From Octopus vulgaris (Eukaryota), in contig OX597836.1 of NCBI GenBank assembly GCA_951406725.2, forward strand, positions 22,134,001 through 22,198,000: a stretch of DNA of 64,000 nt. Reading direction: 5' to 3'. Below the pieces are notes generated by a model that saw only the letters and a list, made by a program, of their open reading frames with translations, ran no database searches and had not been told where the DNA came from. Below, piece by piece: positions 27,627-41,296 of the stretch (its first letter is position 1; each line of letters starts with the position of its first letter). A program made the position numbers and the translations under genes.

Positions 27627-28694
27627 TATGAATTAGAGATAAAACCACTATGGTTTATGTCTATCACTGTTTGAGTTGCATAAAAGTGGTTTTATCTCTA
27701 ATTCATATTTTATATATTTATACTGTGAAATTTGATTTAATACTAAATTGAATTTTTCCCTGTAAGTTTGGAGTTATACTCCCTAATATTATTATTATAT
27801 TATTTATATATATATATATATATATTTATATACACACAGACACACAGATTAGTGTGTGTATAATGTAGAGGTGTGTATGTTTAAGCAATGGTACAATAAC
27901 TTGAGAGTCAGGTTCCATAGCAACCACTCTAACTTTTACCACCAGCTCCACCTCCAACATCACCACTTCAATTAACAACAACATTAAGCTCTAATATACT
28001 CGCCATATGCAATCTGTTTAATATCAACAACCACCTCCCACCTCTTACACTGCTCTCCCCCTCCCTGCTGCTCCCTACTTTTCTTTCCTTGCTCAGAATA
28101 AACTCCTTAAACACACCCTTCTTTTCTCCCCCTCCCTAACCCTCCACCTGTTCCTCCCTACCTAATAGGATCCCTATAAACCAACATATCATCTACTCTG
28201 CCCTCATCTCCCCCCACCATCACAACCACCGCCACCACCACCACCACAGCCATCGCCACCACTACTACTTTCGCCCTATCATTATCAACACCATTATGGA
28301 GATTGGTCACTTCTACTATACTACCTCCATCACCACAGTTATCACACAGCCATCAATATCAATATCAGCAGCAATACCACCACCACTACGCTCATGACTG
28401 TCTCTCAACAACAATGACTCCCAACACCACCACCTCCACCACCACTACTATGATTTCATAATCCTCACATCACACCACCACCAACACCACCACTGCATAT
28501 CTGAGGGACCAAAACAAGGAAATGCCTAACTGGAACCTTTCCACTTCCTAAAACTCAACCTTTCTGTCTGTGTCTCTGTCTCTCCCCCACCTCCTCGTCA
28601 TATACACCCATCAACCCTGTTGCCTCTGTTGTGTACACCATATGTTCTCTCAATTCCCAAGGTGTGACTGTGTGATAAGAAGTTTGCTTTCCTG

Positions 28695-29108
28695 GGAGCT
28701 GGCAGAAACATTAGAACGCTGGGCCGAAATGCTTAGCCGTATTTCGTCTGCCGTTACGTTCTGAGTTCAAATTCCGCCGAGGTCGACTTTGCCTTTCATC
28801 TTTTCGGGGGTCGATAAATTAAGTACCAGTTACGCACTGGGGTCGATGTAATCAACTTAATCCATTTGTCTGTCCTTGTTTGTCCCCTCTGTGTTTAGCC
28901 CCTTGTGGGTAGTAAAAAATAGGTATTTCATCTGCCGTTACGTTCTGAGTTCAAATTCCGCCGAGGTCGACTTTGCCTGTCATCTTTTCGGGGGTCGATA
29001 AATTAAGTACCAGTTATGCACTGGGGTCGATGTAATCGACTTAATCCGTTTGTCTGTCCTTGTTTGTCCCCTCTGTGTTTAGCCCCTTGTGGGTAGTAAA
29101 GAAATAGG
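28695..29108 (+). mobile_element. Tandem dimer of MetaSINE-like family B inserted in a family A head
   Basis: Two near-identical units share the variant ttttcgggggtc. Flanked by agaagtttgctttcc on both sides. Confidence 0.85.
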
Positions 29109-29431
29109 TCAGAAGTTTGCTTTCCGGCCACGTGGTTTCAAGTTCAGTTCTACAGCATGGCATTTTGGGAAAGTGTCTTCCCCTATAGCCCCAGGCCAAC
29201 CAAAGCCTTGCAGGGAAACTGAAAGAAGCCCTTTATATAAACACACACACACACACACATATCAAACAATCAGAAACCAATAAATACAAGTAGAATAAAT
29301 ATCTAAAGTAATTCCTCAGGTATGAGAAGTAGATCCAAATATCATTTAGAAGAATTTCAAGGAATTCAGAGTATTATAAAACAAAAATACGAATAGGGAA
29401 AAATCACACCTTTAATTGTAGAATTCACCTT

Positions 29432-29885
29432 ATCATCATCATCATCATCATTTAACGTCCGCTTTCCATGCTAGCATGGGTTGGACGGTTCAACTGGGGT
29501 CTGGGGAGCCCGAAGGCTGCACCAGGCCAGTCAGATCTGGCAGTGTTTCTACAGCTGGATGCCCTTCCTAACGCCAACCACTCTGAGAGTGTAGTGGGTG
29601 ATTTTATGTGCCACCGACACAGGTGCCAGACGAGGCTGGCGAACGGCCATGCTCGGATGGTGTTTTTTATGTGCCACCGACACAGGTGCCAGACGAGGCT
29701 GGCAGACAGCCACGCTCGGATGGTGTTTTTATGTGCCACCGACACAGGTGCCAGATGAGGCTGGCGAACGGCCACGATCGGATGGTGTTTGTTACGTGCC
29801 CACAGCACGGAGGCCAGTCGATGCGGCACTGGCTACGGCCACGTTCGGATGGTTTTCTTGTGTGCCACCGGCACTGGTACCACAA
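29432..29885 (-). mobile_element. RTE-clade LINE 3' UTR with internal ~61-bp tandem modules and (GAT)n tail
   Basis: Same 3' end as the element at 60940-61421, which carries an RTE ORF C-terminus. Confidence 0.75.
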
Positions 29886-30849
29886 AGATACAAATTCCAT
29901 TGATGTTCATCTATAGCCAACAATTGTTTTGGTTGTATTAATATATTTAGATATAGAAAATTTACATGTTTTCAAGGCAACCCAGAATTAGTTAAATTCA
30001 AAGCAAACTTAGGAGAAATAGAATCTAAGAAATATAATCTAAGGAAAGCTATTTTTGTGTTCAACTATTGGTGACATCACTAGAAAATAAAAAATAAACA
30101 TAAGTATTCTACATTATGACAATTAGAAACAGAGATTTTATGTCATTGCAATTAGTTAACTATTCATTAAGTACTCTTTTACTTGTTTCAGTCATTTGAC
30201 TGTTGCCATGTTGGAGCACTGCCTTTAGTCGAGGAAATCGACCCCAGGACTTATTCTTTATAAGCCTAGTACTTATTCTATCAGTCTCTTTTGCTGAATT
30301 GCTAAGTTAGTTTGAGTCACCTTGACAAAAGCTCCTTGTATCTTTCATACACACACACACACACATAAGTGAGTGATGGTCTTTTCAGTTTCTACCCACC
30401 TAAAATCACTCACTGAGACTATAGTAGAAGACACTTGCACAAGGTGCCACACAGTGGGACTAGAACCTGAAAGCTCATGTTTGCAAAGCAAACTTCTTAA
30501 TCCCATTATAACCAATGGTATGAGCATACAAGTATCTGTGTGTGTGTGTGTGTGTATGCATGTATTTTGTGTGGTTGTGAACAACATAGTTTAGTTTTTG
30601 TTTTTTTTTATATATTTTTCTCAAACAAATTCTCGAAAACATCTTGCACAAGATTTTGTCCATCGTATTATATTGATTAATATCTTTTTTTAAGTCATTG
30701 AAATCATACCAGACTTGTTGATTTATTTTATTTATTCATTGTATTTTTCCTTTATCTTCAAGAAGCATTTAGAGAGGCATATTGTTGTCAAGTGATATAT
30801 GATGTAAACCTATCTATGCTCTGGATAAATAGATCACTTATATATATAT

Positions 30850-30891
<42 letters not shown>

Positions 30892-32162
30892 TCAGCTGGC
30901 TCAATTTACAGAAATTTATCATCTTCTCCTCCTCCTAATGTGTCTACTGATTTGTTTCTGTTTTCATTGTGATTATATAGATGAGTGGAGAAGCTGAAAG
31001 GCTGTGCCCACAATCATCTGCAATCTTTTTCCAAGTCTCTCCAAGACTGGTTATTAGGGAAGAGGTGGAGCTTAAAGGGTGGAGACTGGAGGAAAGGAAC
31101 CAAAAGTAAATATTCATGTGGTGCCATTGTTGGGAAGTTGCTGGAAGATCAAGTTATTGAGGAAGCTTGATCTCTGGTTCAAACTCTTGTAGCAGAAGTG
31201 TAGAACTTTGTTAAAAGGCATCCAAGGACCTGATGGTGGTAAAAGTTTTGGTGTTGGTGGGAAGGTGATGGTAGTGGTGATGTTGATGGCAATAGAGACG
31301 TAGGTGATGGAGGTGGTGGTGTTGTACCAGGTCACAGTTTAGATCAGCAAATTAGTGGTGTCCATCCAATAGACTGCTGCACAGTCTCTATCAAAGATTG
31401 GTGGTGGTGGTGGTGGTAGTCGATAGAGCATTGGATTGTCATTTGCACTATTCATTGTGACTCTCTACTCTCTGAGTTCAAACCCTACCAAGGTCAACTC
31501 TACCGTTTCACTTTTCCTAATAAAAAAAATAGTCAAGGTACTGAAGCAGAGAGGGGAAGGGGACATTCTTCTTCCTTTTTACTTTCTTTCTCTCTCTCTC
31601 TCTCCATCCCTCATGCACGCACACACACACACACACAGAAATCAGCAGTGTTCAAACCTTGTGAAGAATAAGCATCACTCCAGTATGGGCATAGCTGTGT
31701 GGTTAAGAAGTTTCCTTCTCAACCTCATGATTTCAAGTTCAGTCCACTGTATGGCAGCTTGAGCAAACATCTTCTACTATAGCTTTGGGTCAGCCAAAAC
31801 TTTGTGAATGGATCTGGTTGATGGAAACTGATAGAAGTCTGTTACGTGTATGTTTGTCTATTTGTACTGTCTTGAGTATCCCCATCATACAAGTGTTTTT
31901 GTTTTGTTTCAAATCTTCCATGGAAACATATCTGGCCAAGGGGAAACATTACTGTTGTTGGAAGCAAGTGAGGGTTGGCAACAGAAAGGATATCTGGCTG
32001 TTGAAAATCTGCCTCAGCAATTCCCATCTGATCCATGCAGGCATGAGAAAGCAGATGTTAAAACAATGAAGATCATAACACCATGTATCTCAATGGTGCC
32101 CCTTTGACTGCATCAAGTGTTGGGGACTCAAGGAAGGAAGAATTTCTGTCTACCAAATTTCA

Positions 32163-33068
32163 CAGTGTTTCTCCACTTTTTTTACCCTTGTGTAACCCTT
32201 AAAATAAACTACATGTCTCAAGGAACCCCTGCAGAAAAAAAAAATTATATACTATATCTTTCTCATATTTTATTCATTGTAGTTCATCTAGTAAATATAT
32301 ATATATATAAATTTGCCATGAGCGATTCTTTCTTGCCTTGAGATTCACGGTCAAACAGCTGGGTGGAATTGTGCGAAAAATTACACAGAAGTGTAGAATG
32401 ATCCGGTGGTGATGCTGGGCTTATCGAGATAATCTACTATAATAATACTCTTGTGTTTATGAATGAGAAAGGAAGGGGCGATATATGAATAAGGAAGGAA
32501 GGGGTGATGTCATACTTGGTAGTGAGATGATGAAAATTGTACACTGAAAAGAATAAATCAAACAGCGTTTCAGCTCTGTGTGAATGTATGTGTGTGTATG
32601 TAAAAGGGGTGGGGTATGTGTGTGTGTGTGTGTGTGTTTGTGTGAGTGCATGAGCGCATGCAATGGAAGTGGGATGGTTCATCTTTGTTCGCTTAGTATT
32701 TGGGCTTATTTTTTGATTTGGTTGAATCTTGGTTTTTTTTTTCTTTTTTTTGGTCAATTATTTTTAGGGTTTTGACAGAAAAAATTCATTCTAAAATTGC
32801 TTTTTAACGTAAGTGTGCCCAAATGAGTCGAATGCTTACACAGAGCAGGTTTTACAGTCACATCATCCAAACCAACCGGGTGAAACCAGGCTTAGCTGCT
32901 AGTTATATATAAAATTGTGATATTACAATAACCAATAATATGTTGTGCATGTATAGTGATATTACGATCATGAAATTAGCATTAGCTTATCTCACTCTTT
33001 TTCACAGAACCCCTAGGAACCATTTGTGGAACCGTAGAGTTCCGGGGAACCCAATTTGAGAAATGCTG
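32163..33068. mobile_element. hAT/Charlie-like non-autonomous element interrupted by a Helitron
   Basis: Termini cagtgtttctc / gagaaatgctg with repeated subterminal ggaaccc motifs. No clear TSD. Confidence 0.5.
32433..32902 (+). mobile_element. Non-autonomous Helitron
   Basis: Starts A|TCtactataataa and ends with hairpin ccgggtgaaaccagg then CTAG|T. No TSD; inserted between A and T. Confidence 0.65.
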
Positions 33069-33788
33069 CTTTAACCTTTAAAGCATTCACATTATTCTAT
33101 CAAAATAATGCTTATTTATTCACATTGTTTTGAATTAATCATGCATTATTTTGTAGCTTGAGATTTCGATGAAGTAACTGTTAATTCTGTAGAATAATAT
33201 TGTAGGGCTGGTGTGAGAGGCCACATCTGGCCAGTTTGAGCATAAAGCAAGTAGGATGTTTTGTCCAGATGTGGCTGGTTCAAATGCTGAAGGGTGGCAT
33301 TATAGAACCTGGAGCAGTTGTTGGAGGATTTACATCAAAATGCTGAAAAGAAAAAGAAACCCTCAACTTTGAGAGAGTGTTATATCATTGGCAGATGAAT
33401 TCTTGAATGATTGTGATAATTTCACTTTTTAATTAATATAATTAGATCTGTTAAGGTGGTGAACAGGCAGAATCACTAGCACACTGGAGAAAATGCCTAG
33501 TGGTATTCCGTCTGTCTTTATGTTCTGAGTTCAAATTCCATCAAGGTTGACATTGCCTTTCATCCTTTGGGAATTGATAAAATAAATACCTGTTAAGCAC
33601 TGGGCTCAATGAAATTGACTAGTCCTCCCCCACAAAATTGCTGTGCCTGAGCCAAAATTTGAAATCATCATCATCATCATCATTATTATTAAGGAGGTAA
33701 GCTGACAGAATTCTTAGCATGCCAGGCAAAATGCTTAGCAGCATTTCATCCGTCCTTACATTCTGAGATTTATCCAATTGTCAACATA

Positions 33789-34203
33789 CGCAGGAGTGGC
33801 TGTGTGGTAAGTAGCTTGCTAACCAACCACATGGTTCCGGGTTCAGTCCCACTGCGTGGCATCTTGGGCAAGTGTCTTCTGCTATAGCCCCGGGCTGACC
33901 AATGCCTTGTGAGTGGATTTGGTAGACGGAAACTGAAAGAAGCCTGTCGTATATATGTATATATATATATATATATGTATGTGTGTATACGTTTGTGTGT
34001 CTGTGTTTGTCCCCCTAGCATTGCTTGACAACCGATGCTGGTGTGTTTACCTCCCCGTCACTTAGTGGTTCTGCAAAAGAGACCGAAAGACCCAGTACTG
34101 GGCTTGCAAAGAATAAGTCCCGGGGTCGATTTGCTCGACTAAAGGCGGTGCTCCAGCATGGCCGCAGTCAAATGACTGAAACAAGTAAAAGAGTAAAAGA
34201 GTA
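33789..34203 (+). mobile_element. SINE family A, full length
   Basis: A-box gtggctgtgtggt, B-box ggttcagtccc, tail gagtaaaagagta. Confidence 0.88.
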
Positions 34204-34399
34204 ATACCACTGCTTCATTAATTAACAAAGATTTTTGGCATAAGTGACACAGGCACCTCTCTGTCGTGTAACTGGTAATGCAGGCATTTGGTAAATGTGA
34301 GATATGATGTTCAAGCCCTGTTAAGGGGCCTCGTCATTATGTTTACTTTAATTGGTTTGGTTCATATAATGTCTTTTGTTATTGGCATTGTATTCTGCA

Positions 34400-35100
34400 T
34401 CTCCAGCAACCACCAACACCACCATAACCACCTTGTTAATCTCCACCACCCCTATATACACTTTTATAGTCCCCATCACAACCACTAATGTATATACTGC
34501 TACTATCACTAGCAGCTGCACCACCACCACAACCACCACCACCACCATAACCAACATTATAATCTCCACCACCCCTCTGGCCATTATAATCCTCCACCCA
34601 CATTCTACACTCACCGGCACCATCATCAGCCCCACCACCACCACCACCACCTAGTCTATTATGTTACAGTAGATGTTTTAACATCATGCAAAGTCTATTT
34701 CTTTCATTTTGTCATTAATTCTGGACATTGCCGTCATCACCACCACTTTGTCATCACCACTACCACTGCCATCATCATCCTCACCATCTTCAACATCCTC
34801 ATCTTTCTCCACCACCACCACCACCACCTATGTTGGTGTCTTCTTACAGAAATTTTCTTATAAGATGTAAATCAATTACTTTTAATGGAATTGAAATGAT
34901 GACTGGCCTGCTGTCAGCTTAAACTACTATTACCACTACCACCACAACTACCACTACTGCAATTACTACCACCACTAATACTACCACTATTATCACCACC
35001 ACCTTATACCATCACAACTCCTACTACTACAACAACTATCACATCGTAAATATATTTCTACCAACATCACTGCTATTACTACTACTACTACTACTACTAC
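34400..35100. repeat. Cryptically simple (CAC/CAT/TAC)n tract
   Basis: Degenerate trinucleotide repeats. Similar tracts at 28200-28500, 39640-40350 and 43490-44190. Confidence 0.85.
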
Positions 35101-35347
35101 TTAATATTGATTTCTATGACATTGGTACAAGGACTTAAAGAGAAGGGGCACAATTTAAATCAACCTCTCCCACCCCCCACCATCCCAGTACAAAACTGGT
35201 ACTTTTACTGATGTCAAACGCTGCTGGAAGAATGAAAGGTAAAGTTGATCCCCGCTGGATTTGAACTCAGAGCATGTAAGTTGTCATCATTTGTATTAAT
35301 TTTTAAAACATTAAAGGCAATGATGCTGATGTCACACTTAAAACACT

Positions 35348-35498
35348 GGTGCAGGAGTGGCTGTGTGGTAAGTAGCTTCCTTATCAACTACATGGCTCCA
35401 GGTTCAGTCCCACTGCATGGCAAGTGTCTTCTACTATAGCCTCGGGCCAACCAAAGTCTTGTGAGTGGATTTGGTAGACGGAAACTGAAAGAGGCCTG

Positions 35499-35548
<50 letters not shown>

Positions 35549-35755
35549 TGTTTGCCCCCCCCCCCCCCACATCGCTTGACAACCGATGCTGGTGTGTTTA
35601 ATCCCCGTAAGTTAGCGGTTCGGCAAAATAGACCGATAGAATAAGTACAAGGCTTACAAAGAATAAGTCCTGGGATCGATTTGCTTGACTAAAGGCGGTG
35701 CTCCAGCATGGCCGCAGTCAAATGACTGAAACAAGTAAGAGAGAGTAAAAGAGAG
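35348..35755 (+). mobile_element. SINE family A, full length
   Basis: Collinear with 33789-34203. Confidence 0.85.
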
Positions 35756-35757
35756 CT

Positions 35758-36040
35758 AGTGCCATGTAGAAGCACTGGTGATGGTGCCACATAAAATGCT
35801 GTGGTGCTGATGTCTTGTAAAATGTGGTGCTGTTGGTTCCACATAAAATTTACTGGTACTAGTGCCATGTAAAATGCACTTGTGTTGGTGTCACACAAAA
35901 AAGCACTGATGCTAATGTCCTGTTTAAAGCATTGGTGTGGATGTCATGTAACATGCACTGGTGCTGCTACCATGTTTCAAGCACTGGTGCTCGTGTCACA
36001 TTTAAAGCACTGGTACTGGTGCCACGTAAAAAGTACCCTG
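35758..36040 (+). repeat. Degenerate ~26-bp minisatellite (about 11 units) derived from the RTE 3' UTR motif GGTGCCACGTAAAAAGCAC
   Basis: Periodic gtgccaygtaaaa.gcactggt units run directly into an RTE 3' UTR ending at ~36205. Confidence 0.75.
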
Positions 36041-36829
36041 TACACTTTATAAAATAGTCAGCATTAGGAAGGGGCACTCAGCTGTGGAAAGCAAGTCAAA
36101 ACAGACTATGGAACCTGGTGCGGCCCCTGGTCTTGTCTGTTCCTTTCAAGCTATCCAACCCATGCCAGCATGGAAAACAGACTTTAAAGATTATGATGAT
36201 GATGAAAACTCCTGCTTGTCTTGCATCATTTTGTTAATCATCATCATCATCTCAGCATCCACTTTTCTTGCATGGATTTGGAGGAGTTGGTGCTTTTTAC
36301 GTGCCACTGGCCTCCGTGCCGGTGGCACATAAAAAGCACCATCCGAGTGTGGCCGTTCGCCAGCCTCGTCTGGCACCTGTGCAGGTGGCACATAAAAAGC
36401 ACCCACTACACTCACGGAGTGGTTGGCGTTAGGAAGGGCATCCAGCTATAGAAACACTGCCATATCTGACTGGCCTGGTGCAGCCTTCAGGCTTCCCAGA
36501 CCCCAGTTGAACTGTCCAACCCATGCTAGCATGGAAAGCGGATGTTAAACGATGATGATGATGAATTGAAGCAGGTTTTCTATAGCTGGATGACCTTCCT
36601 GTCACCAACCTTCACTTGTTTCCAAGCAAGGTAACATTTCCTCATGGTCAGACGTGTGTTCACAAAATACTGGAAATGAATCATACAAGTCCACCACCCT
36701 AGATTGACCACCACTACCACAGCAATCACAACCCCATTTACTAGTAGATTATAACTGGTTAATGTTTTCTCTGATTTATTTGACAGATCATTATCATCAT
36801 ATGTTTGTTTACCATGTTGAAAAGTGTAA

Positions 36830-37780
36830 AGGTACTAGACATCCTTATTCTTTTTTGGTGTGTTGGCACCTTTTCTGACCCCCATACACCTTTCTCAGAC
36901 AGGCATAGAAGGCCTTCACATTGTGAGAATTAGCAAGGTCCTAAATTTTTATTTGCCTTCTGGATCCCACCTCCAGTTTTTCAACTGCTCCAAGGGACTT
37001 GCATCTTTGAGTCAGGTGGTTACTTCCTATGTACTTCAACCATTTAGAGCAGCTTGATGTGCATTCATCTTTTAGTTAACAGCTGTTCTATCTTTATATC
37101 AGAATTACGGAGATGTACTTGCATGGCAAGTGATTTGATCTGAGATCGTGTGCTGAAACGAAAACAATTGCAGTATGGAAGGTGTTTGTAAGCCATTTAA
37201 GAAACAACAGCTTTTGTGTTTCTTAAATGGCTTACAAACACCTTCCACGCTGCAATTGTTACCTTTATATCTGTTTCCTCAAACCAGCCGGCATACTTGT
37301 ATTTGGAGAAGCCAACATTGATAGTGGCTGCCCTGCAGATTGTTGCACAAAACTGCATCTAACAAGCATCATCAGTTGGTGCAGTGTCTCGTAATATTTT
37401 TAGTTACCTGTCGTATTCACTACAAACGGGTGTTGCACTTCAGAATTCTTTAGTTGGCTGACATCCAGTTTATTGTTACAATTCTATCAACTTTCTGCAC
37501 TTAACTCCCACAGGCAAATTGCTGGTGGTTTGTAGCAACATGTGATCAGTGTGGTAGGTAGTCAGTTCCACTTCCTGATTCACTTACAGCTTGTATCTGC
37601 AGTGTTGTCCCTGTGGGGAAGTACACAGACTAACAAATGTCATTGCTTCAGCCATGGATGACACCAGCTATGAAACAATTGTTCAGAAAGCTGGACAAAT
37701 ATGTTTATCATGGCCATATTAGGTGCGTAGTTCAAGAAGGGATAGTCCATTTGATCTTTAGGTTATCTTTTCTGATGTGA
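36830..37780 (-). mobile_element. Highly decayed RTE (BovB-like) LINE ORF remnant
   Basis: The minus-strand peptide DLANSHNVKAFYACLRKVYG resembles the RTE linker motif (ADxxxxKxF[FY]xxLKxVYG). Many stops; boundaries approximate. Confidence 0.5.
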
Positions 37781-39549
37781 CTTAAAGTGTAGTTCCATGT
37801 TAAGCAACTCAAACTTATTGCTCATAACCATACTGGTTTCAAATTTTGGCACAAGGCCAGCAACTTAGAGGGAAGAGGTTAGTCAACGACATTGACCCCA
37901 GTGCTCAGCTGGTACTTATGTTATTGACCTTTGAAAGGATAAAAGGCAAAGTCGACCTTAGAAGGATTTGAAATCACAACATAAAGATGGACTAAATGCT
38001 GCTAAGCATTTTGCTTGCCCCATTAATGATCCAACCAGCCCAGCACCTTACAGTACGTTTAAATATTGATTTCAAATTTTGGCACAAGGCCAGCAATTTC
38101 AGAGGAGGGATAAGTTGATTACATTGGCCCTGGTACTCAACTGGTCCTTATTTTATTGACTCCTGAAAGGAAGAAAGGCAAAGTCGACCGTGGCAGAATT
38201 TTAGGCATGGCTGTGTGGTAAGCTTGCTTCCCAACCACATGGTTCCAGGTTCAGTCCCACTCCATAGCACCTTGGGCAAATGTCTTCTACTATAGTCTCA
38301 GACTGACCAAAGCATTGTGAGTGGATTTGGTAGATGGAAACTGAAAGAAGCCCGCTGTGTGTATGTGTGTGTGTGTCATCGTTTAGCGTCCGCTTTCCAT
38401 GCTGGCATGGGTTGGACGGTTCAACTGGGGTCTGGGAAGCCAGAAGGCTTCACCAGGCCCAGTCTAATCTGGCAATGTTTCTACGGCTTGATGCCCTTCC
38501 TAATGCCAACCACTCCATGAGTGTAGTGGGTGCTTTTTACATGCCAGGCGAGGCTGGCAAACGGCCACGATCGGATGGTGCTTTTTACGTGCTACTGGCA
38601 CGGAGGCCAGGTGAGGCTGGCAATGGCCACGACGGATGGTGCTTTTTACATGCCACCGGCATGGAGGCCAGTCAGGGCGGTGCTGGCAACGGCCACATTC
38701 GGATGGTTCTCTTATATGGCACTGGTGTACGTGTGTGTGTGTGTATATATAATGTATATGTTTGTGTGTTTGTCTCCTTGCCCCGTCATCACTTGACAAC
38801 TGATGTTGAAAAGCCAACATGGATAGTGGCTACCCTGCAGATTGTTGCACAAAACTGCATCTAACAAGCATCATCAGTTGGTGCAGTGTCTCGTAATATT
38901 TTTAGTTACCTGTCCTATTCACTACAAACAGGTATTGCACATTGGAGCCAATGTAATCAACACATCCCCTCCCCTTGTGGCAAAATTTGAAACCATTATT
39001 ATTATTATTATTATTCAGAACCATTAACTCACCAGACTAAATGCTTAGTGGTATGCTGCCTGTCACTACACTCTGAGTTCAAATTCCACCAAGGTTGACT
39101 TTACTTTTCATCCTTTCGGGGTCAATAAAATAAGTACCAGTTGAACACTGGGGGGGTCGATGTAATTGACTCATCCCGTCCCCCAAAAAGCTGCCCTTGT
39201 GGCAAAATTTGAAACCACTATTATTATTATCAAGGGAGCAAGCCGACAGAATTGTTGGTAGACCAGACAAAACTCTGTGTGTGTGTGTGTGTGTGGATGC
39301 CTCTTCATTTTGACATCATATGACTGTTGTGAGCTTGTAAGAAAGTCATCAAGCAGACTCCAGATGATGCTGAACTAATAATTCCTTCTAGACAAACCAT
39401 CAACATCTGGAGATGTTTTGATAAACAACAAATCTTCACTTGTTAAAAATTAATATACTGCAAAAATTAACAACAAAAATAAATGTCTAATGATTCAAAA
39501 AGATAATTGTGCTTTAATTAGATATTTTTAATTAGTTAATTAGTGGAAG

Positions 39550-39583
<34 letters not shown>

Positions 39584-41296
39584 TAGTTAGTAAAGAGAAA
39601 AATGTCTTTTGGTATTTTGATACAAGTCTATTACAATACCACTACAACCACCACCTCTACCATGACCACGATTACCACAAACACCAACACCATCATCATC
39701 ATCATCACTATATGCAGCACTGTTACCACCATCACTACCATCACCAGAACATACAACTACCATCAGTGCACCATCATGACCTCCGGCACCATCACCACTC
39801 TCATCACATTACCACCACCACCACCAACAACAACAACTATTGTCACCAATATAGTTCTTTATTGCCCACAAACAAGGAGAGACAAAGGGATTAAGTAGAT
39901 TACATCAACCCCAGTACGCAACTGGTACTTATTTAATCGAACCCGAAAGGATGAAAGGTAAAGTCGACCTCGGCGGAATTTGAACTCAGAATGTAAAGAC
40001 AGACGAAATACCGCTAAGCATTTCACCCGGCGTGCTAACGTTTCTACCAGCTTGCCGCCTTTTGTTACCTTCTGTTACCTTTTGTCACTATTGTCACCAA
40101 TAGCAACACCAATACCACTAAAGCTACACAGCCACTCGCATCACTGTTACATCATCATGACCATCACTATCTATCATCACCTGTCACCATCACTATCTAT
40201 CATCACCTGTCACCATCACCACAACCACTGCTGCCACCACCATCGCTACATTGCTGCCAGCACCTCCACCACCACTACCCTCTTTATGATCCTTACAGTG
40301 ATCACCCCACCAGACCATTATGACATCACCCACCCACTTACCCATAACTAAACACCCTCTGCCCCACCACTTCTCCTTGTCCTTTCTCTGTCAGTCTGGT
40401 GACAATATTACAAAAGCCCAACCCCACCCCCGCTTGACAACTGTTGTTGGTGTGTTTACATACCCCATAACTTAGCAGTTCAGCAAAAAGAGACCAATAT
40501 AATAAGTACCAGGCTTTAAATAAAAAAAATCAGTACTGGGGTCGATGTGTTCTGAGTTCAATTTCTGCCAAGGTTGACTTTGCCATTCATCCTTTTGGGT
40601 CAGCGAAATAGGTACCAGTTGAACACCGAGGTCAATGTAATTGACTTATCCCCACACACCGAAATTGCTGGCCTTGTGCCAAAATTTGAAATCAATATTA
40701 CAAAAGACCCCCTCACCACCTCCTCACCGTCCAGCCTCACATGAAGAGACAATAGATAGAATGATTTACTGGCAAGTCAGTATAATAGCATTAGCTGGAA
40801 AAGACCTGATAACATTCTCATAAACTATCTTATGCGATACAGCATGGATATCACCTGGACATGGATATCTCTTCTTATATTTGATATCCCTTTACAACCA
40901 ATCTTAAGAGTATATATAATATATATCACTTCCAACGCTCCTCCCTTAAATAATACTACCATTACCATAAGTATCTCTAACAGGAATATCTCCACCAACT
41001 TATCTCTGCTACCACCACTACCACCACCACCATCATCATCATCACCTACACTATCGCCGCCACCACCTCTGTTACAGAGTGGATTATATCACTGAATTGT
41101 TTTCCCTGATTTATTTGACACATAATACTTGATACAGCAATAGAATGAGGTGGGGGACACAGAATCGGTGGTGGTGGTCATGGTGGTAGGAATGATTATA
41201 GGGATGATGAAGCAGTGATGATGATGATGCCTATGGTAATGATAGTACATGATGATTATGTTGATGATGATGATAATAATGGTGACAATAGTAAAT

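Noticed and set aside
29452-29916. CRISPR-like repeat-spacer look, with overlapping ORFs
   Set aside because: The spacers are homologous to each other, there are no cas genes, the context is eukaryotic, and the array is part of an RTE 3' UTR.
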